A stretch of 64,000 bases of DNA, taken from contig CAVYTU010000014.1 of assembly GCA_963771465.1 (NCBI GenBank), forward strand, positions 544,001 to 608,000. Reading direction: 5' to 3'. Made by a program: the position numbers and the translations under genes. The notes under the pieces were generated by a model. That model worked only from the letters and a program-made list of their open reading frames with translations. It made no database searches and was not told the DNA's origin. Within the stretch, counting starts at the first letter, position 1, and each line of letters begins with the position of its first letter. This stretch comes from an uncultured delta proteobacterium (GTDB lineage Bacteria > Desulfobacterota > Binatia > UBA9968). This document shows, in pieces, positions 8,508 through 18,174 of the stretch.

Positions 8508-8579
8508 GGTATGCTAGCGGTCAGTTTCATCCTTGGGCGCGAGGTAAAAGTCATTGACGACAGCGAAATTGGATCGAAC

Positions 8580-8816
8580 TTAATGCTTGGCAATCCACAT
8601 CTGGTTCTTATCGTTCCAGGCGTAATCCGAGCGCCAGACCTTGAGACCGATCGTGTATTTGCCGCCCGATTTGGTTACGAAAATTCGCTCCATCGAGTGC
8701 GGAATCTCGGTGCGGGCGATGATCATGACCTTTTTCGAGATCCCTTTATTGATCAGAATCCGGTCGCCCTCGCGCATGGTCACACGATTATCTTTTCTCG
8801 GTCGTCTACCGCTCAT
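8580..8816 (-). CDS. Small hypothetical protein
   Basis: 78-aa beta-rich basic ORF; ATG 6 nt after TTGCCT-N17-TAGCTT. Confidence 0.6.
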   Translation of the reverse strand: MSGRRPRKDNRVTMREGDRILINKGISKKVMIIARTEIPHSMERIFVTKSGGKYTIGLKVWRSDYAWNDKNQMWIAKH

Positions 8817-8900
8817 GGGCTCAAGCTACCACCGCCGATTTCTTCAGGCAATGCTTTCGCCAAAGCAAACGCGGCCACGCGCTAGTCGAACAGTAATTAG

Positions 8901-8929
8901 CTTGACATTCCGCTAGCCCTCCGATAGCT
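8901..8929 (+). promoter_or_regulatory. sigma70-like promoter
   Basis: TTGACA-N17-TAGCTC upstream of the amidohydrolase. Confidence 0.45.
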
Positions 8930-8959
8930 CTCCGGGAAACCGTTGCGACGATAGCCAAA

Positions 8960-9955
8960 ATGAATATCGACGTCCATGCTCATTATGTCCCGCCGGATAG
9001 CTTGAAAGTCGTCAGCGAGATCGGCAAACGCCATAATCTTAAACTGGCGACGAACGAGCGCGGCCGCGAAATCGTCACCCGCGACGGCAAGCAGTTCCTG
9101 ACTCAGCTCAAAGCGGAATTCTCCAAACTCGATTTGCGTCTTTCGATTATGGATCAGCAGGGCGTCGACATGCAGGTGCTGTCACCGGCAGGCAGCTATT
9201 TCTTCTATTGGATGCCCGCCGAAGAATCGTTGGAATTCGCCGGCTGGCTCAACGACCGATTGGCCGAAGCCGTCGCCACGCATCCCAAGCGTTTGGTCGC
9301 GCTCGGCTCAGTACCGATGCAAGACGCCGGCAAAGCCGCGACCGAACTCGAACGGGCGATGACGAAACTCGGTCTGCGCGGCGTCGAAGTCGCCAGCAAT
9401 ATTAACGGCCGCTACTTCGACGACACTGGCTTCGACCCTTTCTGGGAAGCGGCACAGGCGCTCGACGCCTTGATCTTCGTCCATCCCCACCAAGTCGTCG
9501 GTGCCGAGCGCATGAAGGAATTTAACCTATCGAATTTGATCGGTAATCCTACCGATACCTCGTTGGCATTCGCGAAGTTGATCTTTGGCGGCGTGCTCGA
9601 GCGCTTTCCACGGTTAAAATTCTTGCTCGCCCATGCCGGCGGCTTTTTGCCTTACACTTGCGGCAGGCTCGACCGCGGCTATCGAATTCAGGATTCGGCG
9701 ACGGCGAAAATTCCCAGGCCGCCCAGCGAGTACGTCAAGTTGTTGCACTTCGACACGATTACCCATAGTGCCATGGCGCTCGAATATTTGGTTGCGAACT
9801 TCGGCGCTAAGAATGTGCTCTTGGGTAGTGATTACCCTTACGATATGGGCGATCCCCAACCCGTGGAGTCGCTGCAGCAAACCAAGATCGCCGGCACGGC
9901 GCGGGAGCTAATATCCAGCGCCAACGCGTGTAAACTCTTGCGCATCGGTATATAG
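8960..9955 (+). CDS. Amidohydrolase_2 family protein (ACMSD-like decarboxylase/hydrolase)
   Basis: IDVHAH, FVHP, GNPTDT, AHAGG, GSDYPYDM. Confidence 0.9.
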   Translation: MNIDVHAHYVPPDSLKVVSEIGKRHNLKLATNERGREIVTRDGKQFLTQLKAEFSKLDLRLSIMDQQGVDMQVLSPAGSYFFYWMPAEESLEFAGWLNDRLAEAVATHPKRLVALGSVPMQDAGKAATELERAMTKLGLRGVEVASNINGRYFDDTGFDPFWEAAQALDALIFVHPHQVVGAERMKEFNLSNLIGNPTDTSLAFAKLIFGGVLERFPRLKFLLAHAGGFLPYTCGRLDRGYRIQDSATAKIPRPPSEYVKLLHFDTITHSAMALEYLVANFGAKNVLLGSDYPYDMGDPQPVESLQQTKIAGTARELISSANACKLLRIGI

Positions 9956-9984
9956 AAGACGGAATAAGCAAATTCGGAGGAATC

Positions 9985-10929
9985 ATGCGACTCGTCACTT
10001 TTACTCGGAAGAATCAACAGCGCTTGGGTCTCATGGGCCCACTGGAACAGCTCATCGATCTCGCCGAGGTCAACCGGCGTTATCTCAAAGGCGGCAAAGC
10101 GCCGTTCTTGGCCAGCATGCAAGCGTTTATTGAAGCCGGCGGCAAGGCCCTGCAGGTCGCCCGCAAAGCGGAAAAGTACGTAGCGGGAAAAAATCCCGAT
10201 GAACAGAAAAAACTAGTCGCGGTGGGCGCCCTGGTAAAACCCAATCAGGCGAAAATCATTTCACCGATTCCCACGCCGAGAAAAAACTGCGTCATGCTCG
10301 GCATCAATTACCGCGAGCATGTCGACGAAGGCGCACGAGCGCGCCAATTGGAAATCAAATATCCCGACTATCCGGTTTTCTTCACCAAGCCGGCGACTTC
10401 CGTGATCGGTCAGTTCGGCAAAGTCATCAAGCACAAGGTTACCGACAAACTCGACTGGGAAGTCGAGCTTGCCGTGATCATCGGCAAAAAAGGCCGCGAT
10501 ATTCCAAAAGCGAAAGCCTACGACTACGTCTTCGGTTACACCGTCTGCCTCGACATGACCGCCCGCGAGCTTCAACGCATCCACGGCCAATGGTTCAAAG
10601 GCAAAGCGCTCGACACACTGTGCCCGCTCGGGCCGTGGATCGTGCACAAAAGCGCCATGCCCGACCCGCAGCAGGTGCGGCTCATCTGCCGGGTAAACGG
10701 CCAAGTAATGCAAGACGGCAACACCCGAGACATGATCTTCGACATCCCGACGATAATCGAATCGCTCTCAGGCGGCATGACATTGGAGCCGGGAGATGTC
10801 ATCAGCACCGGCACACCGTCCGGAGTCGGTTTCGCGCGCACGCCGCCGGTATTTTTGAATCCCGGCGACAAGGTCGAAGGCGAAGTCGAGGGGATCGGCA
10901 CACTCCAAGTCGACATCGTCGCGTCGTAA
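9985..10929 (+). CDS. Fumarylacetoacetate hydrolase family protein
   Basis: GINYREH, PVFFTK, DWEVELAV, DMTAR, GKALDT, GDVISTGTPSGVG. Confidence 0.92.
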   Translation: MRLVTFTRKNQQRLGLMGPLEQLIDLAEVNRRYLKGGKAPFLASMQAFIEAGGKALQVARKAEKYVAGKNPDEQKKLVAVGALVKPNQAKIISPIPTPRKNCVMLGINYREHVDEGARARQLEIKYPDYPVFFTKPATSVIGQFGKVIKHKVTDKLDWEVELAVIIGKKGRDIPKAKAYDYVFGYTVCLDMTARELQRIHGQWFKGKALDTLCPLGPWIVHKSAMPDPQQVRLICRVNGQVMQDGNTRDMIFDIPTIIESLSGGMTLEPGDVISTGTPSGVGFARTPPVFLNPGDKVEGEVEGIGTLQVDIVAS

Positions 10930-10966
10930 CGATTTCGCTTAAGTCTCCCGCGAGAGTTCCAGCCAA

Positions 10967-11010
10967 CCTGCCGCGGCGGCGGAAACCAGCGAGTGCGCCG
11001 CCGCGGCAGG
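10967..11010 (+). terminator. GC-rich 15-bp perfect hairpin (terminator or REP-like)
   Basis: CCTGCCGCGGCGGCG-N14-CGCCGCCGCGGCAGG after the FAH stop; weak U-tract. Confidence 0.55.
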
Positions 11011-11194
11011 GCTTTAAACGCTTTTCAATCTCGATTTTCACATCAGCTCTCTCGGTCGACGCGGTGATTTTGCGCCGGCTGTTAAACTATTGGCGCCACT
11101 TTGGCACCGTCCTGCCGCTGTGCATAGGCGTCGGCTACGTAAACATGACTCTACCAATTTGACTTGCCACCATCGCTTTGTTAAGCCTTTTTCC

Positions 11195-11288
11195 GTTGCT
11201 AGGGGTGTCTGCCAAGGTCAGACTGAGAGCCTGAGAAACAGGTAACCCTTTGAACCTGATCCGGGTCGCACCGGCGTAGGGAAGCGTG
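11195..11288 (+). ncRNA. TPP riboswitch
   Basis: AGGGGTG...CTGAGA...ACCCTTTGAACCTGATCCGGGTC...CCGGCGTAGGGAAG upstream of thiS. Confidence 0.93.
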
Positions 11289-11330
11289 AAAGTCATACTC
11301 CCGCGAAATCACATGAGCGGGATAAACTTG

Positions 11331-11383
11331 AAACCGTATTCCCTGACCACCAGCGGGTGGTCTGAGCGAATGCGGTTTTTTTT
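11331..11383 (+). terminator. Riboswitch expression-platform terminator
   Basis: AAACCGTATTC...GACCACC-agcg-GGTGGTC...GAATGCGGTTTTTTTT. Confidence 0.75.
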
Positions 11384-11389
11384 GTTGTC

Positions 11390-11590
11390 ATGAAAATCAA
11401 GATTAACGGCGAAGAGAAACAGATTGCCGACGGACTGAGCATCAACGCATTACTCGAATCGCTCCAGATTCGCCCCGGCCGAGTAGTCGTGGAGCGCAAT
11501 CGAGACATCGTGCAACGCGATTCATTCGCCGCCACGATGTTGGTTGAGGGCGACGCTCTGGAGATCGTTCATTTCGTCGGTGGAGGATAA
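11390..11590 (+). CDS. thiS: Sulfur carrier protein ThiS
   Basis: INGE...VERNRDIV...[13 protein letters not shown]. Confidence 0.95.
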   Translation: MKIKINGEEKQIADGLSINALLESLQIRPGRVVVERNRDIVQRDSFAATMLVEGDALEIVHFVGGG

Positions 11591-11593
11591 ATC

Positions 11594-12367
11594 ATGGAAG
11601 ATTTTTTCGAACTCGCGGGGAGCAAATTTCGCTCGCGGCTAATCGTCGGCACCGGCAAGTATAAAGATTTCGTTGAAACCAAGCGGGCCATCGAAGTTTC
11701 CGGCGCCGAGATCGTCACGGTCGCGGTACGCCGGGTTAACATCACCGATCCGAATAAAGAAAATCTACTCGATTATCTCGATCCGAAAAAATACACGATC
11801 CTGCCCAACACTGCGGGCTGTTATAATGCCGACGATGCGGTGCGCACTTGCCGTCTTGCACGCGAAGCGGGCGTGGGCAAACTCGTAAAGCTCGAAGTCA
11901 TCGGCGATGACCGCACGCTCTTTCCCGACGTGCCGGCGACCATCGACGCCGCAAAAATTCTCGTCAAAGAAGGTTTTATCGTGCTGCCCTACATCACCGA
12001 CGATCCAATCACCGCCAAGAAACTCGAAGATATCGGCTGCGCCGCGGTCATGCCGCTAGCCGCGCCCATCGGTTCGGGATTAGGCATAAGAAATCCGTAT
12101 AATATTCGCATCATCTTGGAATACGCCAAAGTTCCGGTCATCGTCGATGCCGGCGTCGGCACGGCATCGGACGCGGCGGTTGCCATGGAAATGGGTTGTG
12201 CCGGTGTCCTTATGAACACGGCGATCGCCAGTGCCAAGGATCCAATTCTGATGGCCGAGGCGATGCGCCAAGGTGTCGAGGCTGGACGAAAAGCATTTCT
12301 AGCCGGCAGGATTCCTAAAAAACTCTACGCCACGGCCTCCAGTCCGTTGGACGGAATGCTGAACTGA
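11594..12367 (+). CDS. thiG: Thiazole synthase
   Basis: [47 protein letters not shown]. Confidence 0.97.
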   Translation: MEDFFELAGSKFRSRLIVGTGKYKDFVETKRAIEVSGAEIVTVAVRRVNITDPNKENLLDYLDPKKYTILPNTAGCYNADDAVRTCRLAREAGVGKLVKLEVIGDDRTLFPDVPATIDAAKILVKEGFIVLPYITDDPITAKKLEDIGCAAVMPLAAPIGSGLGIRNPYNIRIILEYAKVPVIVDAGVGTASDAAVAMEMGCAGVLMNTAIASAKDPILMAEAMRQGVEAGRKAFLAGRIPKKLYATASSPLDGMLN

Positions 12368-12376
12368 CCCGCTACA

Positions 12377-13003
12377 GTGCCTCCGCCCAATTTCGACCTT
12401 TATTTAATCACCGATCGAACGCTAACCCAGGGACGCGATCTCTGCGCGGTTGTCGAACAATCCTTGAACGCCGGCGCGCGCGCTATTCAGCTCAGGGAAA
12501 AGGATCTCGGCGGTAAAGAGCTCTTCGAGCTCGCCGATAAGATCTCTGTGCTGTGTCAACGTTATAACGCACAACTGTTCATCAACGACCGCATCGATGT
12601 CGCACTCGCCGTCGATGCGGCGGGAGTGCAATTGGGCAAGACTTCGCTTCCGATCGATACCGCCCGCGCTTTGCTTGGCGAGGAGAAATCCATCGGCTAT
12701 TCAGCCCACTCCCTAGAGGAAGCCAAAATAGCCGAGCGGCACGGCGCCGGTTTTGTTCTGTTCGGTCCAGTCCATATGACACCGTCCAAAGCCACCTTCG
12801 GGGCGCCCCAAGGATTGGCTGCTTTGAAAGAAACAGTGGCTAAACTTGGCGTCCCCGTCTATGCTATTGGCGGAATTAACTCTGAAAATTTGACGGAGAC
12901 AATGAGAACTGGCGTGCGTGGCGTGGCGCTTATCTCGGCGGTGATGAGCGCCGAAAACCCGACAGCCGCGACCAGAACAATTCTAACCAAGCTAGCAAGG
13001 TAA
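12377..13003 (+). CDS. thiE: Thiamine-phosphate synthase
   Basis: LYLITDR, QLREKD, INDRIDVA, TPSK, AIGGI. Confidence 0.9.
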   Translation: MPPPNFDLYLITDRTLTQGRDLCAVVEQSLNAGARAIQLREKDLGGKELFELADKISVLCQRYNAQLFINDRIDVALAVDAAGVQLGKTSLPIDTARALLGEEKSIGYSAHSLEEAKIAERHGAGFVLFGPVHMTPSKATFGAPQGLAALKETVAKLGVPVYAIGGINSENLTETMRTGVRGVALISAVMSAENPTAATRTILTKLAR

Positions 13004-13007
13004 CGCG

Positions 13008-13313
13008 ATGAAGGAAGCTGCCCTTGAGGCGTTGATCTATAGCATCGACAATCCGGTTTTAACCCTGGTGATCGCGTTTTTAGCCGGGTTTCTTGCGAGT
13101 AAACTCGTTGCCGCTGACCGCCGGCCGGGAGTTTTTGGCTTTTCGATCATTGGCCTGATCGGTTTCTTCCTTAGCCACGTCGTGTTATCGTACTACCAAC
13201 TGAACGAAACCCTCGATAGTCTCTATGAGCTACGCATTTTCATCGATCTGGTCGCCGCTTTTTTCGGGTCCTTTGTAATCGCGGGCGTCATACATTTCCT
13301 TAAACCCTCGTGA
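13008..13313 (+). CDS. Small 3-TM membrane protein (GlsB/YeaQ-like)
   Basis: Three hydrophobic segments; IAFLAGFLASKLV...AAFFGSFV pattern. Confidence 0.6.
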   Translation: MKEAALEALIYSIDNPVLTLVIAFLAGFLASKLVAADRRPGVFGFSIIGLIGFFLSHVVLSYYQLNETLDSLYELRIFIDLVAAFFGSFVIAGVIHFLKPS

Positions 13314-13389
<76 letters not shown>

Positions 13390-13560
13390 GTCACTACTTG
13401 CGGCCTAGGAATCCGGCTCGATAGCGAAGCGGCGGCTCTGCCGTCATTTCTATTTGACAAGCTATTCCATGACCTGTTAACAAATCGGTAAGTTTTGAAC
13501 GGACGTTTTGGCATTGGCGGTCAGAACCGAAAAATTCCAAATTTTGACAGGGAGGTTTCT

Positions 13561-14520
13561 ATGATTAGTGCCAACGAGTTGAACGGAGTATTGGGGATGA
13601 TGCCTGCGTTTGCGACGCCGGATGCAATCGACATTCACGCGACGCAAACCATCGCGGTGGATAATCTTAAAGAAGGCGTCGATAAGATCATCAAAGACGG
13701 CGTCAACAATATCGCCACCACTGGTACCTACGGCGAGTGCTACAACCTGCTCTTCGATGAATTCAAAACCCTATCTGTAGCAACCGTCGATGCGGTGAAA
13801 AAACGCGTGCCTCTATTTCTCGGTTGCACCAGTCCAAATCCGCGCGAAGTGATTCAGAAAATGAACTTCGTCAAGGAACTCGGTGCGGATGGCGTTCTGC
13901 TCGGCGTGCCCTATTATGAGACGCTGCATGTCCAAGACGCCATCAAGTTTTATCACGACATAGCCGATTTGTTTCCAAGCTTGAATATCGTCATCTACCA
14001 CAATCCTGGCAACCATAAGTTCACGATTCCTGTTGCGGCATTCAAAGAACTCGTCAAGAAATCGAACATTATCGGCATGAAAGATAGCCATCGCACGACG
14101 CAGGCGTTTATGAATCTGCAAAAGATCGTGCGCGGTAAGATCAGCGTGTTCGTTAACCAGTCACAGCTCTATCCTTACTATGCGATGGGCGCGGCGGGCT
14201 GCTGGTCGACGGAAGTTTGGATGGGGCCATGGCCGATTCTCTATCTATTGGAACAGGCGCGCAAAGGCGATGTAGCGAAGATGATCGAAGTGATCGACGA
14301 TCTCGGCGGTGTCGGCGCTGGCAAGCCGGTTCCCGGCGCAGGCAATAAACGCCCACAAGAATATGCCGACTACTGTAAAGTCGGTCCTACACGGGTGCCC
14401 TTTGTAACTTTCCCGGAAGCGGAGCTAGACAAGGCGAGAAAGCGCGCAGCGCATTGGATGGAACTTAACAAGAAATACCGCCCATTGGTGGAAGCCGCAC
14501 GCTCACGATCCGCAGCATAA
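13561..14520 (+). CDS. DapA/NAL-family hydratase-aldolase (NahE-like subgroup)
   Basis: GGAGG RBS; MPAFATPDA, GTYGEC, RVPLFLG, GADGVLLGVP, IYHNP..KF, GMKDS. Confidence 0.8.
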   Translation: MISANELNGVLGMMPAFATPDAIDIHATQTIAVDNLKEGVDKIIKDGVNNIATTGTYGECYNLLFDEFKTLSVATVDAVKKRVPLFLGCTSPNPREVIQKMNFVKELGADGVLLGVPYYETLHVQDAIKFYHDIADLFPSLNIVIYHNPGNHKFTIPVAAFKELVKKSNIIGMKDSHRTTQAFMNLQKIVRGKISVFVNQSQLYPYYAMGAAGCWSTEVWMGPWPILYLLEQARKGDVAKMIEVIDDLGGVGAGKPVPGAGNKRPQEYADYCKVGPTRVPFVTFPEAELDKARKRAAHWMELNKKYRPLVEAARSRSAA

Positions 14521-14552
14521 TCGACATCAAAGCTAATAACCGCAGACAATAT

Positions 14553-14584
14553 AAAGCCCCCGGCACTGTCCGGGGGCTTTTTTT
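14553..14584 (+). terminator. Rho-independent terminator
   Basis: AAAGCCCCCGG-cactgt-CCGGGGGCTTTTTTT. Confidence 0.9.
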
Positions 14585-14732
14585 GCGTAAATTACGCAGC
14601 CAATTTTTGTCGCGCTTGAGCGCCAACTGACAATCCCTTTATCGCCGTTGGCAAAGAATTACTTGTAAAAAAACCACCCGGCCCTTAAACTAACATTTCG
14701 CTGAAAGATGCTAGCAGAGGCAGGAGGTATTA

Positions 14733-15161
14733 ATGGGATTTTACGCGGAGCCATACTTGCGCGAAGCTCGCGATCGCATCAAGTCATCATCAGCTCAAAC
14801 CGGCAGCACAAATACAGAATTAGGCGATTTCAACCAGATTGCCGACGCCGTCGAGAAGGCCATCAAGGCTGCCTTAGTCGAGAACAGCGGCAGCATCCCG
14901 CAAAAATTGGAAAGCCAAAATCTCGTCTCGATTTGCCAAACTACAGGCGTTTGGGACGTGCTCCCGCCGGCTTTGCGTGGCTTAGTGCAGGATGTCGCGA
15001 CATTGCGATCCACGGCCAATCGCTCGCCCGAATCACTCAAAACCAATAACTCTTCAGCCCAGTTGAAACGCTACTTTCAAATCGCCCGCGGTCTGATCGA
15101 CTATATGGAATTTCACGTTATCGGCAACGACTCAGTCCTCAAGCGGCTGAAAATTGCGTGA
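14733..15161 (+). CDS. Hypothetical protein, degenerate HEPN-like helical domain
   Basis: AGGAGG RBS, upstream TTGTAA-N17-TAAACT; AVEKAIKAAL...G.IP.K...NL resembles the HEPN helix motif. Confidence 0.6.
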   Translation: MGFYAEPYLREARDRIKSSSAQTGSTNTELGDFNQIADAVEKAIKAALVENSGSIPQKLESQNLVSICQTTGVWDVLPPALRGLVQDVATLRSTANRSPESLKTNNSSAQLKRYFQIARGLIDYMEFHVIGNDSVLKRLKIA

Positions 15162-15387
15162 CGCAACCATCCAGGGGAGTTCCACCGGCTCTTTCAAGGC
15201 TAACCGAATGCCGTAAACTTAGTACCGAATCGAATTCCAACGCAATCGGAAAAATCCCGCCGGCTCGCTGCAACGGTGCGCAGCTAATGCATTCAGAATG
15301 TTTTAGGGAGAGACACAAGAAGCTAGCCAGTTTGGCCTTTGGATGGCTTAACCGCACTTCGCGCTGAACCTCCACGCGCACCAGCCG

Positions 15388-15555
15388 CTATGCACCTAGG
15401 AAGACAAACAGCACGGCCCCTATCACCACCATAGCGCAAAAAATGCCGATGCCGGCAATTATTAGATCTTGGTCTGGCTCTCGTCGGGTTGGTGGAGAAG
15501 CGTCAGGTATTGGAATGCGATGAAATTTAAATATTCGTATCATGAGGAAATCCAT
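15388..15555 (-). CDS. Possible small single-TM protein (below ORF-track cutoff)
   Basis: MDFLMIRIFKFHRIPIPDASPPTRREPDQDLIIAGIGIFCAMVVIGAVLFVFLGA. Confidence 0.35.
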   Translation of the reverse strand: MDFLMIRIFKFHRIPIPDASPPTRREPDQDLIIAGIGIFCAMVVIGAVLFVFLGA

Positions 15556-15761
15556 GCAGCAGCTTCAATGCCACCTCAATGACCCCCATGAGAGCGCAGT
15601 AATAAGTAGGTTAAAAAGAATCTATAGGAAATTATGACTCAGAGATGGGCAAAAAGATCGGGGCGAAATGGCCTGCAATTGCTCTCCATGCGGCGAGCAG
15701 ACAGATTTGCCTGTGAGATCGAAGCAAAGTTTTACTGCGGAAGATCTCGGCGCGCAGATTA

Positions 15762-16178
15762 TTATTTAAGCTTGGCTTCTCTGACGTCTACAGATTTGAT
15801 CCAACCGACTACGCCCTTTTGAGTCTTAACCATGAACCAATCGTTGCCACCGCTACTCTGAACCATCGGTACCAGCGCCTCACCTTCTTGCAATTGGTCA
15901 AGCTTTTCGGCTTCGTCATCTTGCCGCGGATAGAGTCCAGCCACTTTTGACGCGACCACGAGCCGAGTCGGCATCCCCTTTCCCTTCACTTCGCCAACCG
16001 CACCATTACCCGAACCACCCGGCGCACCACCACCTGAAGTCCGCGGTCCGGTCACGCCTTGGCCTTGCGGCATACCACCGAGCATTCGGCCATACTCGCC
16101 AAAAGCCTGAGCAAAAACGGCTTGTGGCGCGACCAGTCCGATGGCCAGAGTGAACAGTAACGGGGAAAATATTTTCAT
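15762..16178 (-). CDS. Secreted protein with C-terminal SH3b domain
   Basis: Signal peptide, Gly-rich linker, WFMVKTQKGVVGWI. Confidence 0.75.
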   Translation of the reverse strand: MKIFSPLLFTLAIGLVAPQAVFAQAFGEYGRMLGGMPQGQGVTGPRTSGGGAPGGSGNGAVGEVKGKGMPTRLVVASKVAGLYPRQDDEAEKLDQLQEGEALVPMVQSSGGNDWFMVKTQKGVVGWIKSVDVREAKLK

Positions 16179-16425
16179 CGCGTTGTCCTCTTCATCAGCG
16201 GAAATAATTAGATAATGATACGATGTTACGGTTCAGGCGACAAGGACTCGCGCGCCTATGAGAAGTTCCATGGTAATTTTTAAGCTTTATCGTATTTTGT
16301 GATATGATAGCGCGAATGATCCGAGGATTGCTCCAGTTTCACTTTCAGCCCACTGCTTGCCAATTAGTTCACGCGCCATAAGTGGCAACTTCAACGAGGT
16401 CCCAAGCCGCAAGAGCGTTGCAACG

Positions 16426-17391
16426 ATGTCGGATATTAAGCTGATGATCTTAATGCCGGTATTCAACGATTGGCAGGCGCTTTCACTGCTCCTACCGAGC
16501 TTGGAATATGAGCTCAAAACTTCTGGACTTCGTACTGGTCTCTTGCTAGTCGACGACGGCTCGACGGTTAAGCTTCCTGAAAGTTTCTCTCCAAAACTTT
16601 TGCCATCGATCGCGAGCATCGACGTCCTATCGTTGCGTCGCAATCTGGGCCATCAGCGCGCCATCGCCGTCGGATTATCCTATATTGAAGCGAACTATCC
16701 GGATTGCTCAGTGGTTATCATGGACTCCGATGGCGAGGACTCTCCGAAAGATGTGCCGCAGCTGGTGCGCGAGTGTCTTGCCCACAACGGCGAGAAAATC
16801 GTCTTCGCGGCGCGCACCCGCCGCTCTGAGGGATTGGCGTTCACGTTCTTTTACCACCTCTATCGTTTCGCACATTGGTTGCTGACGGGCATCCCAGTCC
16901 GTGTTGGCAACTTTAGTATTGTGCCGCCGGGCGCTCTCAAACGGCTGGTGGTGGTCTCCGAGCTGTGGAACCATTATGCCGCTGCCGTGCATAAAGCGAA
17001 ACTGCCGATGTCGCTTATCCCAACGGAGCGCAGCGAACGTCTAGAAGGCACACCGCGCATGGATCTGGTTTCTCTCGTGGTACACGGACTGAGTGCCATG
17101 GCGGTCTTCGGCGATCGTATCGGCGTGCGTCTTTTGATTCTGGTTTCGCTGGGTATGCTTCTGACGGTTGCCGCGCTGGTCGCCGTCGCTACTATTCGTA
17201 TCACTACCGATCTCGCAATCCCTGGCTGGGCTACCTATGTATCTGGACTCTTGCTCGTGATGTTGATGCAGATGCTCTTGGTAGTCTTGGTTTTTGTCTT
17301 TGCCATCCTAGCCGCCCGCAATGCGGTCAACGTGATTCCAACCCGCGACTATATTCACATCATGGGTGACGTACGACGAATCTATGGTTGA
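16426..17391 (+). CDS. GT2 polyprenol-phosphate glycosyltransferase (GtrB/ArnC-like) with 2 C-terminal TMs
   Basis: MPVFND, VDDGS, RNLGHQRA, MDSDGED, PGW in the TM hairpin. Confidence 0.88.
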   Translation: MSDIKLMILMPVFNDWQALSLLLPSLEYELKTSGLRTGLLLVDDGSTVKLPESFSPKLLPSIASIDVLSLRRNLGHQRAIAVGLSYIEANYPDCSVVIMDSDGEDSPKDVPQLVRECLAHNGEKIVFAARTRRSEGLAFTFFYHLYRFAHWLLTGIPVRVGNFSIVPPGALKRLVVVSELWNHYAAAVHKAKLPMSLIPTERSERLEGTPRMDLVSLVVHGLSAMAVFGDRIGVRLLILVSLGMLLTVAALVAVATIRITTDLAIPGWATYVSGLLLVMLMQMLLVVLVFVFAILAARNAVNVIPTRDYIHIMGDVRRIYG

Positions 17392-18100
17392 CGCCGCCGA
17401 AACACCTTACGTCGGCGGCGAACTCGATCTCTTTGCTCTGGCGGACAATTGGAAAAGCTACGTCAAGGACGAAATCGCGAGTTACATAAGCGGCGATATC
17501 TTAGAAGTTGGCGCCGGCATCGGCGCCACCACGGTAGCGTTGCATGACGGCAGAGCGCGCCGTTGGGTGTGTCTTGAGCCCGACGCGACGCTAGCGTCGC
17601 GTTTACAAGCTCGATTACTCGGCAGCGTAGCCGCGCCAACGACAAAGGTGATAGTTGGATCGCTGCGCAACTTTACCGAGCAGGTGTGTTTCGACTGTAT
17701 CCTCTACATCGATGTGCTTGAACATATTGAAGACGACCACGGGCAGATCGAACTGGCCGCGCAACTCGTTCGACCCGGCGGCCACATCGTCGTCTTGTCG
17801 CCAGCCCATCAATGGCTTTTTAGTGATTTCGACAAAAGCATCGGCCATCTGCGTCGTTACAAAAAAGCGACGTTGAGGCTCTTGATGCCGACGGGATGGC
17901 TTGAAAAAAAGATGCGCTATCTAGACTCAATCGGTGTTTTCTTGTCGCTCGGCAACGTACTTGCTCTACGCCAGCCGATGCCAACGCGATCGCAGATCGT
18001 CATATGGGATCGCCTGTGTATCCCCTTGTCGCGACGGGTCGATCGCTGGTCTTCCGGCATGATTGGCAAATCGATCTTGGCGGTTTGGAGCAAGCGATAA
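17384..18100 (+). CDS. Class I SAM-dependent methyltransferase
   Basis: LEVGAGIG, DVLEHIEDD, DKSIGHLRRY; overlaps the GT2 stop. Confidence 0.88.
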   Translation: MVDAAETPYVGGELDLFALADNWKSYVKDEIASYISGDILEVGAGIGATTVALHDGRARRWVCLEPDATLASRLQARLLGSVAAPTTKVIVGSLRNFTEQVCFDCILYIDVLEHIEDDHGQIELAAQLVRPGGHIVVLSPAHQWLFSDFDKSIGHLRRYKKATLRLLMPTGWLEKKMRYLDSIGVFLSLGNVLALRQPMPTRSQIVIWDRLCIPLSRRVDRWSSGMIGKSILAVWSKR

Positions 18101-18174
18101 TCGAATCGTACGATACTAACCCACACTTGGAATCTCTTTCCATAAACGACCGAGCCGAGCTGCCATCCAGAGCC

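Noticed and set aside
11101-11116. sigma54-like TGGCAC...TGC site
   Set aside because: GG-to-GC spacing is 9 rather than the obligatory 10.
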